A DNA stretch of 62,907 bases, filler included, from Cercozoa sp. M6MM (taxonomy: Eukaryota > Protista > Endomyxa: Ascetosporea): NCBI GenBank assembly GCA_040357565.1. It is 14 parts of 14 records of this genome, joined end to end, with 100 filler letters (N's around TTAATTAATTAA, not from the genome) between each part and the next. Parts side by side here need not be neighbours in the genome. Positions count along the whole stretch, not along the records: positions 1 to 7,673 come from JBDODJ010000603.1; positions 7,774 to 15,394 come from JBDODJ010000611.1; 12 more parts are not named here. The stretch is one strand, 5' to 3'. Both the position numbers and the translations under genes were made by a program. A model generated the notes under the pieces. It was not told where the DNA came from. It searched no databases and was given only the letters and a program-made list of their open reading frames with translations. Shown piece after piece: positions 1 through 9,868 of the stretch. Numbering within the stretch: position 1 is the first letter of the stretch; the number at the start of each line of letters is the position of its first letter.

Positions 1-1083
1 TGCGGCTTCGCAGGGAAGGAGGGACGTGCACTCGATGTAGGTGTCGTCTACCTACTGACCTGCGACACGTGCGAGTATAGCTACGTGGGCACTACCGATA
101 TCGGGAGGTACGAAAGACGGCTAACCGAGCACAAGCGAGACAAGCTGACAAAGAAGGAAAATTCATCCAGGTGCACGGACACCGAGTGTGCGCGATTCAA
201 CAGGAGCGCCTGTCACAAATGCCAGTATGCGAGGCCCGGGTACCATCGTGCGTCCGGGTGCGAGGGAACGCTGCTGAACGACATCATGGTTGCAATGGCG
301 CCGCGCCGAAGACCTCCCTACGGCACACTGAAGCTCGTGCGGGAGCGGGCACAGCGACTCGAGTTCTTTGTTCAGGTGGGGTTCCAGTTGGGGTTGCCCT
401 GGGAGCGACAGCGCGGCGAGTGTGCTCGGCAGCATCGCGGAATGTTCCCGACGGGCCCTGTGCTTCAGCTACTTGGCGCACTGCGGCGCTCGGCGCATGC
501 ATCGGCGACGGAGTACCGGCAAGCGGTCGCGCATGCACTCGCGTCGGTCCACCCATCCTCGCTGCCTGCGCGTCTGTTCCGGCATATCAAGGAGTTCGTC
601 GCGTGGACTCACCGCGCATTTGAGACGGACACGCTGCGCGAGCACCAATCGTTGGTGCAGCTACTCGCGAGCGACAAATGTACATCCACCCTGTGGACGA
701 TGCGGGCTCTCATGTGCCGCGCCGTCATGCGGTGTCCGTTCGACAAGCAGATCAACATTATGGACGATGCGGTGATGCGTATCCCGGGCATCGCCAATCG
801 GGTCCAGGAAATCGAAGTCGACCGCCGGATCTATAACGCAAGTGCGCTACACGGACTCGCAATACGCGCGGTGCCATGCGAAGGAGCGAGTGACTGCAGT
901 TCGACCGAGGTCGACGACACGGATGCGCCCCGCCGCGAGGCCACCGGCGCGAGATCTCGTGCTACGCTGTCGTGCCTAGGATATCTCGCGCTATGCCATC
1001 AACGCCAGTACATGCGACAGGAAACAGTAAAGGTGACCACCGGTTCGGCGAAACGGGACGACGGCGGTTCTTCTTTGGTTTGA
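1..1083 (+). CDS. GIY-YIG endonuclease-domain protein (5' truncated by window edge)
   Basis: Frame 1 is open from base 1: GVVYLLTCDTCEYSYVGTT..GRYERRLTEH matches the GIY-YIG signature with catalytic Arg/His; RAQRLEFF supplies a plausible metal-binding Glu. No introns or microsatellites. Confidence 0.7.
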   Translation, partial: CGFAGKEGRALDVGVVYLLTCDTCEYSYVGTTDIGRYERRLTEHKRDKLTKKENSSRCTDTECARFNRSACHKCQYARPGYHRASGCEGTLLNDIMVAMAPRRRPPYGTLKLVRERAQRLEFFVQVGFQLGLPWERQRGECARQHRGMFPTGPVLQLLGALRRSAHASATEYRQAVAHALASVHPSSLPARLFRHIKEFVAWTHRAFETDTLREHQSLVQLLASDKCTSTLWTMRALMCRAVMRCPFDKQINIMDDAVMRIPGIANRVQEIEVDRRIYNASALHGLAIRAVPCEGASDCSSTEVDDTDAPRREATGARSRATLSCLGYLALCHQRQYMRQETVKVTTGSAKRDDGGSSLV

Positions 1084-1170
1084 TTGTGACCCGACACTTG
1101 TGGCACGAGAGCAGCAGCCGCTAGCTAGCGCTGCGACTCTAGGTATATTGCGCGACACTCAGTTTGCGCC

Positions 1171-2286
1171 ATGGGGCTATTCCGCGCCGAGAATGGCGAG
1201 CACCCGCCACAGAAGAGCGATCGAAACAAGAAGCGACGGCAGAAGCCAAAGGCCGATACGGCCAATGTGGCATTTACGGTGGGCGACGACAATGAATCCG
1301 CACTGGGTCTCGCGTCTGTGCACGAACCGATCGAGATTGAGTTCGACGACACCGAGCAGGAAACCGCGCGCCTGACGCCGGCCCGCGGTGCGACCGAACT
1401 CAAAACGCGCGTGGGCCTCCCGACGCGCGAGATGCTGTGGGGGCTATTCAAGGCCGGCTCCTGGGTCGAACGCATCATGTGGGTCTCCGGCCTCGTGTGG
1501 TCCGGCCTGTACCTGATGCTACTCATATGGTCGATTGCCGCGAGCTTCGACGATGTCGAGCACGTCAACGTCGTCGGCGACGTGATGGTGGACGGAGAGG
1601 GCCAGGTGCGCGCGGCATGTATCTGCGTGGCCCTTGTCGGCATTGCGTGCAACTTCGTGATGGGAGTCCCGTGGTCAGGCGCCCTCATCACCAGCCGCCA
1701 TGTCCTTGCGTCGCCGGCACTCAGTACGCTGCAGGTGGTGTGCGCCCCGCTTCTGCTCGCGGTGTCACTCGTTAACCTCGACGGGGCGTCGATGTCGGAG
1801 TCATTCTCGCTCGCCGCAATCATGGTGGTCGGGCAGGTGTTTGTCGTCCTCGGCTCGATCGTGCCGCACTTTGTCAGTACGCTGCTGCCTGTCGGTGCGG
1901 CCCTGTCATTTGGATCGGTTATCCCGGGCCTGGTCGCGCACTACAGCGATCATGTGAGCGGATCGATGGTCAGTGTGCTCTGGCTCGCTGCGTTCGGTGT
2001 CGTGGCCGACGTTACTGTGCGTGGTGCGTGGATTCTGAAACTCTGGCTCCGCGACGAAATGTACGAACGGACGCAAGTGCGAATGGTTGAAGTTAACTCC
2101 AGACAGCTGGCCTACGAGAGCTGTCGTGACGGTAGCAATCTCGTTGATCGAAACGGAAAGAAGTTCGTTTCGCAGTTCGTGTTAGTGTCGGCGGAGCAGT
2201 ACCGCCTCTTCCTGCTGATCAGCAGCTCCATCACCAATGCGTTTGTCGTGTCGGCGCTGCTCGTCGCCGTAGTTGTGCTGCAGTAA
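1171..2286 (+). CDS. Seven-TM membrane protein, heliorhodopsin-like layout, apparently lacking the retinal Lys
   Basis: Intronless 371 aa. Basic N-tail, seven hydrophobic segments, beta-prone loop after TM1. TM3-TM4 (VVCAPLLLAVSLVNLDGAS..) and TM7 (EQYRLFLLISSSITNAFV) resemble heliorhodopsin spacing. The ORF is confident; the family is inferred by eye. Confidence 0.45.
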   Translation: MGLFRAENGEHPPQKSDRNKKRRQKPKADTANVAFTVGDDNESALGLASVHEPIEIEFDDTEQETARLTPARGATELKTRVGLPTREMLWGLFKAGSWVERIMWVSGLVWSGLYLMLLIWSIAASFDDVEHVNVVGDVMVDGEGQVRAACICVALVGIACNFVMGVPWSGALITSRHVLASPALSTLQVVCAPLLLAVSLVNLDGASMSESFSLAAIMVVGQVFVVLGSIVPHFVSTLLPVGAALSFGSVIPGLVAHYSDHVSGSMVSVLWLAAFGVVADVTVRGAWILKLWLRDEMYERTQVRMVEVNSRQLAYESCRDGSNLVDRNGKKFVSQFVLVSAEQYRLFLLISSSITNAFVVSALLVAVVVLQ

Positions 2287-2347
2287 TACTAACGGGACGT
2301 AGAATATACGTTAGATGCGGAGCAGGTTCCGTTCGGTTTACCAGCAC

Positions 2348-2933
2348 TCAGCTCGCGTGGGCGTGGCCGAGCACCGCGCGTAGCATGCGCATGTGCTCGG
2401 GTGGCGAGTCGTCGGGCGTGCGCAGCTCCTTGGCGACTTTCTGCAGCACCGGCGGCAGGCGAGGCACGTCGCGGCCGCGCCACGCCACCACACCCGTGTC
2501 GACGCTGCGATGAAGGTAGGCGATCTCGCCGTCCTCGAGCAGCGCCTGCAGTGCTACATCTGCACCAGAAAACACCACCTCCAGGTCTTGTGCCACGAAG
2601 CCACGCCCAGGATTCTTGCGCAGGTGCGCCAGCATGCTCTCCTGGTCTCGCACACCAGGGAACTTGCAGCGCAGGCGGACCACCGCCTCGCCGTCAGCCT
2701 CGCACACATCGTAGGCGTCGCTTTTTCGCATGAACTCCAGTAGTGCGGCCGGGTTGCGGATGCACATGCCTTCGTCGCTCAGCAGCTCGACGATCTCTCG
2801 CATCGACAGACTAGCATCCACGTCGGACAGGGCTGGCACAATGTAGGAGAGCGCATCTCGCTCCGATCCTGCACGCAAGAAATTTGGGGCACAACGGGTT
2901 GAGTCAAAATGCGCGACAAGTACCGCCTAGCAT
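2348..2933 (-). CDS. TFIIE beta subunit-like winged-helix protein, one 55-nt intron (2869-2923)
   Basis: ATG at 2933; exon 1 ATGCTAGGCG, intron GTAC..TGCAG, splices in frame (MLGGSERDAL..). KFPGVRDQESMLAHLRKNPGRGFVAQDLE..ALQALLEDGEI and LPPVLQKVAKEL resemble the TFIIE-beta WH2 and E-tether segments. Confidence 0.55.
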
Positions 2934-3158
2934 CCTCTTGACCTGTTTGCACACCGATGAGCTGATCGCGGGTGTCTAGGGACTGATGCTATCCCCGGGT
3001 CCCGCACACTTAAATTTTTATTTCGGGCCAACTCTGGCCGGATCCAAAACTGCGCCGTGTGTGCGTGTGTGCATCTGGATCATGGTTATTGTGACTCTCG
3101 CTTCTGCCATCGGGGTCACAAATCTGGACACGGCGCATCGCCCGCCGCCGGTCACACA

Positions 3159-3857
3159 ATGAGTGCACTGGACGTCTATATTTCAGAGACAGACACAACC
3201 GTCGCGGGTGCGGTGCCCCGTCGTGCGATCGAGGCAGGCGGCGCCCTCGAGGACAGCTTCTTCGGGCTACAGCTTCAGGGTGATTCTGGCCTGACCGCCC
3301 TCCGCGTAGACGGGATTGCGGTCGCGCCCGAATTGATACAGGTACTATTCAGTCGGAGGGTGTGTTCGCTCCTGACTGACACCGACCGACCGGTCTATAT
3401 GCGCCTCGACGAGCGATGTACATGGGACAAATTCGGCATCGCGGAGCTGAAAGTTCAGCTCGACTACCTTGCCGGTACGTCGCCACACTGCCTCCGGCTC
3501 AACCTCGTAGGACCGCAGCGCCGCGTCGTGCGAAACGGGAGATTCGCGAACGGGGAGACTGTCCACAGCGAGCTGTTCGCCAGATGGGCACACTGCGCAG
3601 CGATCGATATCGGGCGAAACGCGGGCCACACGAAGAAACAGACCCACAAGTTCATCGTTGACTGTCGGGCTGCTGATATGGATCGGTTACTCAAGCGCGG
3701 TGTCGAGGCCTTCGTCGCGGAGCACGTGCGGCCTGCTGTATTGGAGCGATACATGTTCGACATTCGCTTCCGCCGCGCGACTGACGTGGTATCTTACACG
3801 CACCCACATGTGCAGGGCCCGTTCCGCCGTGTTGTCGTAACGGTTGAGTCGCTGTAG
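3159..3857 (+). CDS. Hypothetical protein (intronless orphan, 232 aa)
   Basis: Long open frame from ATG 3159 with globular composition; no motif recognised. Confidence 0.6.
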   Translation: MSALDVYISETDTTVAGAVPRRAIEAGGALEDSFFGLQLQGDSGLTALRVDGIAVAPELIQVLFSRRVCSLLTDTDRPVYMRLDERCTWDKFGIAELKVQLDYLAGTSPHCLRLNLVGPQRRVVRNGRFANGETVHSELFARWAHCAAIDIGRNAGHTKKQTHKFIVDCRAADMDRLLKRGVEAFVAEHVRPAVLERYMFDIRFRRATDVVSYTHPHVQGPFRRVVVTVESL

Positions 3858-3937
3858 TTGTTGTAACCGAGTATTGTAATTAACTCAACCCCAACACCGA
3901 CGCAGGCGCGCCGGTGGACTTATGCCAGCGACTCCCA

Positions 3938-4690
3938 CTACCCAATCAAACTCACATAGGATATCATGAACCCCTCCTCCTTGACGTAATCGAGCACAGC
4001 GATCATGGTGCGTGGAGACATTAGTCGCGTAAGCCACATCAGGGTTGTATCGCCGGGGTGCGGCGGGATTAGTTCCAGCGCACTTGCCATTGGACGTGGA
4101 CGCGGGGTGCGATACCGGGCGCACATGCTGCGATCGACATACAAGAGGCAGAATGTCAACGCCTCCCTTTCGCGCGGATACCCGAGACACGGTGCGACGA
4201 GTTGATTGACGGGGGTCGAGAAATCATCCACATCGGCACCATTCAATCGCAGTCGCCGGATGTATTCTTCGGCCGGGTCCCCGAGGAACTCGGACGCATG
4301 CGACACCACGAGATACCAAAAATATCCGTACTTGCCGCCGATCCTACCGAGCCAGTGCAAGCACTTCTCTCGCGATCGCATTCCGGCCTCGACGACAGCA
4401 GGATCCTCACTGAGGCGCTTCACAGCGCGCATCATGTCGTCGACTCCGTCGTACACGCGCGTTTGTTTGTTCTCCTCCTCGTGGATCGGGTCATTGTCGG
4501 TGACCGGCGCCGGCGCTTCCGCTGGCTTCGTGGGAGGAACATGAGCAGGGATCGGTTCCGCCGGCGTCTCTGTTGCCGGACTGCTGCCCGTGCTCGCGCG
4601 CTCGTGTTGCTCAGGTTCTGCTACAGCTGAGGAGGCTGGGGGGGGGGTTAAAGGGGGGAAGGGGTGGGGGCCAAGGGGGGTGGGGCAAAG

Positions 4691-4741
<51 letters not shown>

Positions 4742-5450
4742 AGGGCGTACCAGCAGCAGCACCCGACTTCTGCACCTCCTCGACGACCTCGGAGGCCTTG
4801 GTGAGCAGCGCTTCAATCTTGTCCTCACTCTTGCGCAGGTACGGAGCGCACTGCAAAAGCAAAATTGAGGAAAGAAGCAAAGGAAGGAAGGAAAGCCTCG
4901 GGGGTGTACCAGGTTCTTGTAGATGACACGGCCGCCGTCGTACTTCATCATGTAGATGAGAAGGCCGAGCTTGAGCCAGGTGTAGAACGGCACGATCCAG
5001 AACAGCATGTCCGTGAAGGCCTCGATCACGACAAAGGAGTAGACCACCCAGTACATGAGCCACTGCGTGTTATCTGCATACACATAGCACACCGGCCAGA
5101 CAACATGCAAGCAAGGCACCATCCTTATCGCCACTCTCAATGGCCTTGAAGGACCGGTAGGCCGGGTACACGAAGCCAACTATGTACACATCAACCAAGA
5201 TACACCCCCCTCCTCCCACACACCCACCCACACACACGCACACAAGTGTACCGAGCATGCCGACAGTGTTGCTGCCGACCGTCAGTAGCAGCAGCAGCAG
5301 GAACGTCGCGCCAATCGCCACCTGGTGCGAACGCTTCACATTGGTCTTCTGCTGCACCTGGTTGAGCAGCACAACGTCCTTCAGGTACGCGCGGTCGAGC
5401 TCGTCTAGCTTCTGCTGCAGCTGCTTGATCAGAGCGTTGAGATGTTCCAT
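3938..5450 (-). CDS. YOP1: REEP5/YOP1/HVA22-family ER-shaping protein, 5 exons, with ~170-aa C-terminal extension
   Basis: Spliced: ..[56 protein letters not shown] (TB2/DP1/HVA22 motifs). Four GT-AG introns; last exon open to TAG at 3938. Confidence 0.9.
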
Positions 5451-5749
5451 CTTGCTCGACAGCCGTTCTTCGTCCGGGCGAAACACAAACAAAACCTCAA
5501 AATGGCAAAAAGCAAAGCTAGCCCAAAACCGCACGATACTTACCAGTGTGAGTTCAACAGCCTCTATATGCTTCTATGGTGGATGTGTTACCGCACAATC
5601 TGCAAAGTCGGACGACATGGGTCTTGTTGGGTGTTTCTTCTTTGTTTCAGAAACCGTCCATCTCGGCGGTCGGTTTGGACTGTGTAGACATTTTGCCGGC
5701 TGCCCTGTGGAGCAGAGCAGTCACTGTTGGGCCCGTGAGTGTGCGCGTA

Positions 5750-6170
5750 CAATGCTGCTTGTGCTACTGTTGGTCTCATCGTGGGCATCTCAGCCTTGCG
5801 TCTGCCTGTAATGCAAATGCAACAGCATCCCGACTGGCAGCAGATACAGGTTCTGTTCGTCGTGCCAGGCGCAGCTCCCTGCCGACGCAGATTACAGGCC
5901 ACTTCGGTAGATTTGAGTGTGCTATGTCTGTGTGCAAAGCGACCTGGTGGAGGGTGTCCACGTGCTGAGTGCGGCACATCAAGCTTCCGCTTCGACTCGG
6001 TGCGACGGCAGGTGCAGGGCGGTCAGGTGCGTGCCTGTGGCTACAACACGCAGTCGCGACTTTCCACACAACCGGTACAGTAGCAATGGGCACTTGTTTT
6101 GAGCCTTGTCCTAACTGTGCACACGTGCAGTTCAAGGTCAAGCCGCTCGGCCAGCAAGCTTACGAGCCTA
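5750..6170 (+). pseudogene. EMC7-like fragment with frame disruptions
   Basis: DLVEGVHVLSAAH, FRFDSVR.QVQGGQVRA and FKVKPLGQQAYEPRRP follow EMC7 motif order, but the first two lie in different frames (~5990); no clear C-terminal TM exon; start unresolved. Confidence 0.4.
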
Positions 6171-6252
6171 GACGCCCTTGTGTACCCTCAGTCTTTTGTC
6201 CCCGTCTCCAAGTCAAGAGTCGCCCCACCTTTGTGTGTGTCTGTGTGTCTGT

Positions 6253-6294
<42 letters not shown>

Positions 6295-7673
6295 ACCAAG
6301 AGTAAATTTACTTTGCCGTACAACGGCAGTGTCTCGACGTATCGGAACGGAGCCGTCATCTTCAACGTGCACACCATACAGGCGCCTGTCACAAAGATAC
6401 CTGGCCGGCACCACTATCCAACGGCACCACCGAGTGCGAACTAACAGCAACAAGGAGACGGCAAGGCCACATGACACATGATGGTGGTCGCAAAGAATAA
6501 ACTCACATGTCATCGCAGCAGATGGCCAAGTCGTCCACAGGACCGGTTCCGAACATCACACCTTGCACCGTATCTTGTGCCCTGGAAACGCTAAGTTCAG
6601 ACAAAAACAAATTACCGAAAACTGCCTTGTGATTCAGCCTGCAGTACTGGCCCAGGTCATGCTTGGAGTGCACATGAAACAACTGGACCCCGCTGTCGTG
6701 TATGTCCAGGAAACACCGTCTTGATATACATTTACAACTTTAAAGGCAAGAAAGATTGACGGTGACTGCCTTACCTTGGTGACGATACAGATCCACATGG
6801 ACGCATTCCCATCTGTGCATGTCGAAGACTGATGGACGCAAAGCGGCATCTGGCCATTTCTAAGTTAACTGGGAAAAGAAAGAATATGTTTGCTTGCACA
6901 AGCTTCTCAGCACTCGCCGCTGCATCAGCGTTGCCTCCCTACTCAGAAAAAAATATAGCAGCGGATCATCTAACTTTTAAAAAAAAAACTGGTACAAGTA
7001 CTGTGAAAACAGATGCATCCGCGTGGTGTTAGCCTCGGTGTCGTTTCGGTCTGCAGGTACCACAAAGCATATGCTACTCGTATTTGATTGCAGGGACAAA
7101 GCAAAACTGGCGAAAAACCGTACTCTCGTGTAAATTTAAAGTCGGCAGCCAAGAGTTCGAGGATATTGTCGGATCTGTTTCCTGCACAGATTGACTGTTT
7201 AGTGGGTCTAACATGTTGCCTGTTAAGAATTTAACTCATTCTAGTACTTTTAAGACGGGCTCAGAATGTAAAGTACGGTGCGAAAGTTTGGTTTCACGAA
7301 AAATAGAATCCGCTTAAACTAGGGCTAGATGGCGACGAAAAGCATACCTGCACCATCAACAGTGACTGAAATACACTCGGTGCAATTCTGGTGCGGTAAA
7401 GAACGCTCACAGCCGGAGAAAATGGCCAATTGGCACTTGCCAGAAGCCGAGCTTTTCAGTTTTTGGTCCGATCAACAAGTCATCCATCAAGCAAATCCGC
7501 CGTTTCGCACCAGAAACGCACCAGGTGCGGATTTAGGTGCGCACATATGCCCGTTTAAATGCACACTTATCAACAACAGGTGCACATTTGGGTCATCTTG
7601 ACCACAAATGTACAAATTCGCACCACGATCACACCAAGTGCACAGTTGTGTGCAGTGTTTGGGTCCAATCTGG

Positions 7674-7773
7674 NNNNNNNNNNNNNNNNNNNNNNNNNNN
7701 NNNNNNNNNNNNNNNNNTTAATTAATTAANNNNNNNNNNNNNNNNNNNNNNNNNNNNNNNNNNNNNNNNNNNN
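7674..7773. other. Artificial contig linker N44-TTAATTAATTAA-N44 (first of 13)
   Basis: Identical linkers at 15395, 19787, 22331, 26670, 33184, 36474, 39795, 41171, 44855, 52089, 58486 and 61280; the core has stops in all six frames. A separate 10-N gap lies at 14589-14598. Confidence 0.98.
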
Positions 7774-7865
<92 letters not shown>

Positions 7866-7887
7866 CAGAGAGAAGGAGAGAGCCTAC

Positions 7888-9575
7888 GTCCTCGAAGTTG
7901 AGCGAGTAGCGCATGAGGGCACCGAGGCCACCAAAGCCGCGGCAGAACTGATGGCCCTCGCTGGAGCGGTCGGTGACGAACTCGAGCGTGGCGCCCCACT
8001 TGGTGTAGTTGTTGGCGAGCCACTCCAGGAACGGCATCTGGTCCACAATGTCGAGGTGCACGCCGTCCTTGTCGACAAAGTTTGACGTGTCGCGCTCCTG
8101 CTCCGGTCGCAGGTGCTTGATCACCGTCTCGCCCGTGCTCGGGTTTCGCAGCTCGTAGCGGTTCACCTGCGACCACGGATAGATATACACATCTGCATCT
8201 GCATATGTCCATATATAGACATATATAGACAAGAGGCACCTCGAGTTCCTCCCACACAATGAGAGTCTCGGCGGCGCCATTCTCGAGCGCGATCAGCGTG
8301 TCGCTGAGGCCGAAGCAGACCTTGCCCGTGTCCTGCGCGATCTCGCTCATGAACTTGGAGATGAGCTTCTTCTCGGCCACGAGCTTGACGTCGCTGAGTG
8401 CCTCGGCGGCCAGCTCGATGGCCTGGTTGAAGCCGTTCTCGCCGCCGTACGACGTGTGCACCACCGTGATGACCTGGTCCTTGAGGCGCTGGTCAAAGTG
8501 CTCCGACTCGTACAGTGCCGTCTTGAAGGCCGCCGAACCGGCCAGCACAATGCCCGACACTGTCGACTTGTTCGTCTTCTGGTCGATAAAGTTCAGCGAC
8601 GCCGCCTCGCCCACCTTGCGCACGTAGTTGTGTCGCTTCTCCTGACGGATACGACCGAAACGCTGTGCCGACTGACCACCTGTCAATACATAGATACATA
8701 CATATATATATATATGTATGTATCGTACCACGACCGTGCTTCTTGGGCAGCTGCACCGAGATCTGCTGGAGGATCTTGCGCGAGTTGCCGCACAGCTCGC
8801 CGAACAGCGTGCCATTACCGTCCATCACGATGAAGCCGTACTTCTGGTCGTTGCTCAGCAGTTCCTGTCCAGCAAACACAGCACCAGTCAGTCGCAACAC
8901 ACCCCACAAAGTAGAAAGCGCAAGCAGCAAAGGGCAGCAACGCACCTCGAGTGCCTCGGTGTGGAAGCGCGAGTCGCAGTAGTACAACGACGTGTTGATC
9001 GGCTTGAAGGGCTCAAAGTACTTGGCGAACATCTTCGTCTTGCCATCCGGCAGCGTTACCTGCACGTGCGCGTGTGTGTGTGTGTGTGTCACAACAGTCA
9101 AAACGCAAGAGGACATAGCCAAGGCGAGGTACCTCGCCCGTGTACACAACGAGGCCGTTGGTCGGCACCGTGTTGAAGCGCTTCACACGCTCCTGCGCCG
9201 TCGTGATGGCAGCCAGCACCGACTGTCGGTTGACGCGTGACTTGATGTTCGTCGCCGTGCCGTACTCTTCCTGCAGCTTCTGCACGACCTTGGCGAGCTG
9301 TCCACCCGGCGGCACGATGAGCGAAATCATCTGCACACACACCAGTATAATCCTCCTCCTTGGCAAACTCAACACTGTGCTTCTGCACAAGACAGGGGTA
9401 CCGAAGTGCCCTGGCCACGGCATGCGGCCAGCGACTTGATGAGGTTCTTGATGCGCCACTGTTCGACGGCTTCGGCAGCTGTTATTCGCAACAAAAACCA
9501 AAGAGAATCCCAAACAAACAAAATGGGTAGACTCGCAGGTTAAAACAAAACTGTGGCGGTACCGCTATCGCTCAT
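7888..9575 (-). CDS. ETF1: Eukaryotic release factor 1 (final exon lost in gap)
   Basis: Seven exons splice to [63 protein letters not shown] and [14 protein letters not shown]. Confidence 0.97.
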
Positions 9576-9868
9576 GGTTTCGCGTTTTTTGAGCACACCC
9601 CTAAGAACAGATGCGCCGAGCACAAGAGCCAACGTGTTTCGAGAATTTTCTGGCTCTTTTCGCAATATGGAATCATGATTCTATTGGACCGAGCCCAAAA
9701 GCCGTTTTGTTGAATAGAACTTCTGGCCTCGACGTGACCGGTGTTTGGGCAGCAGATCGGTACTGTTTTCCGTCTTGCATGCCTATCATTGTTTTTAGTG
9801 GCAGCTGATGTTCGCGCTTCTTTTTGTATCGATGATGTGAACAGGTCCTTGCGGCTGGGACATCGCCG

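Larger units (their letters stand above)
1..4460. mobile_element. Putative endogenous large-DNA-virus (mirusvirus/NCLDV-like) segment
   Basis: Tightly packed, nearly intronless ORFs with no microsatellite arrays, unlike the rest of the window; content is GIY-YIG, HeR-like, TFIIE-like and orphans. No capsid, portal or polymerase hallmark in the window; right boundary approximate. Confidence 0.4.

Noticed and set aside
2928-2992. Hammerhead ribozyme near the GIY-YIG gene
   Set aside because: Short TAGCATC/GATGCTA stem, but the core is CCGATGAG with no properly placed GAAA.
5985-5995. Insertional RNA editing to explain frameshifts
   Set aside because: Only two weakly conserved loci are affected, while eRF1, PCNA, MDH and H2A are intact; decay or error is simpler.
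7718-7729. Recurrent TTAATTAATTAA palindrome
   Set aside because: Always centred in N runs; artificial six-frame-stop linker.
7774-7862. ORFs with CVCVCV/HTHTHT, YIYI, ERER or NSTQL repeats throughout the window
   Set aside because: Translations of intronic microsatellites.
7888-9575. Stop-codon reassignment
   Set aside because: TAA (H2A, RGS), TAG (PIH1, IFRD1) and TGA (MDH, UBE2K) all terminate genes; no in-frame stops seen in the conserved exons checked.
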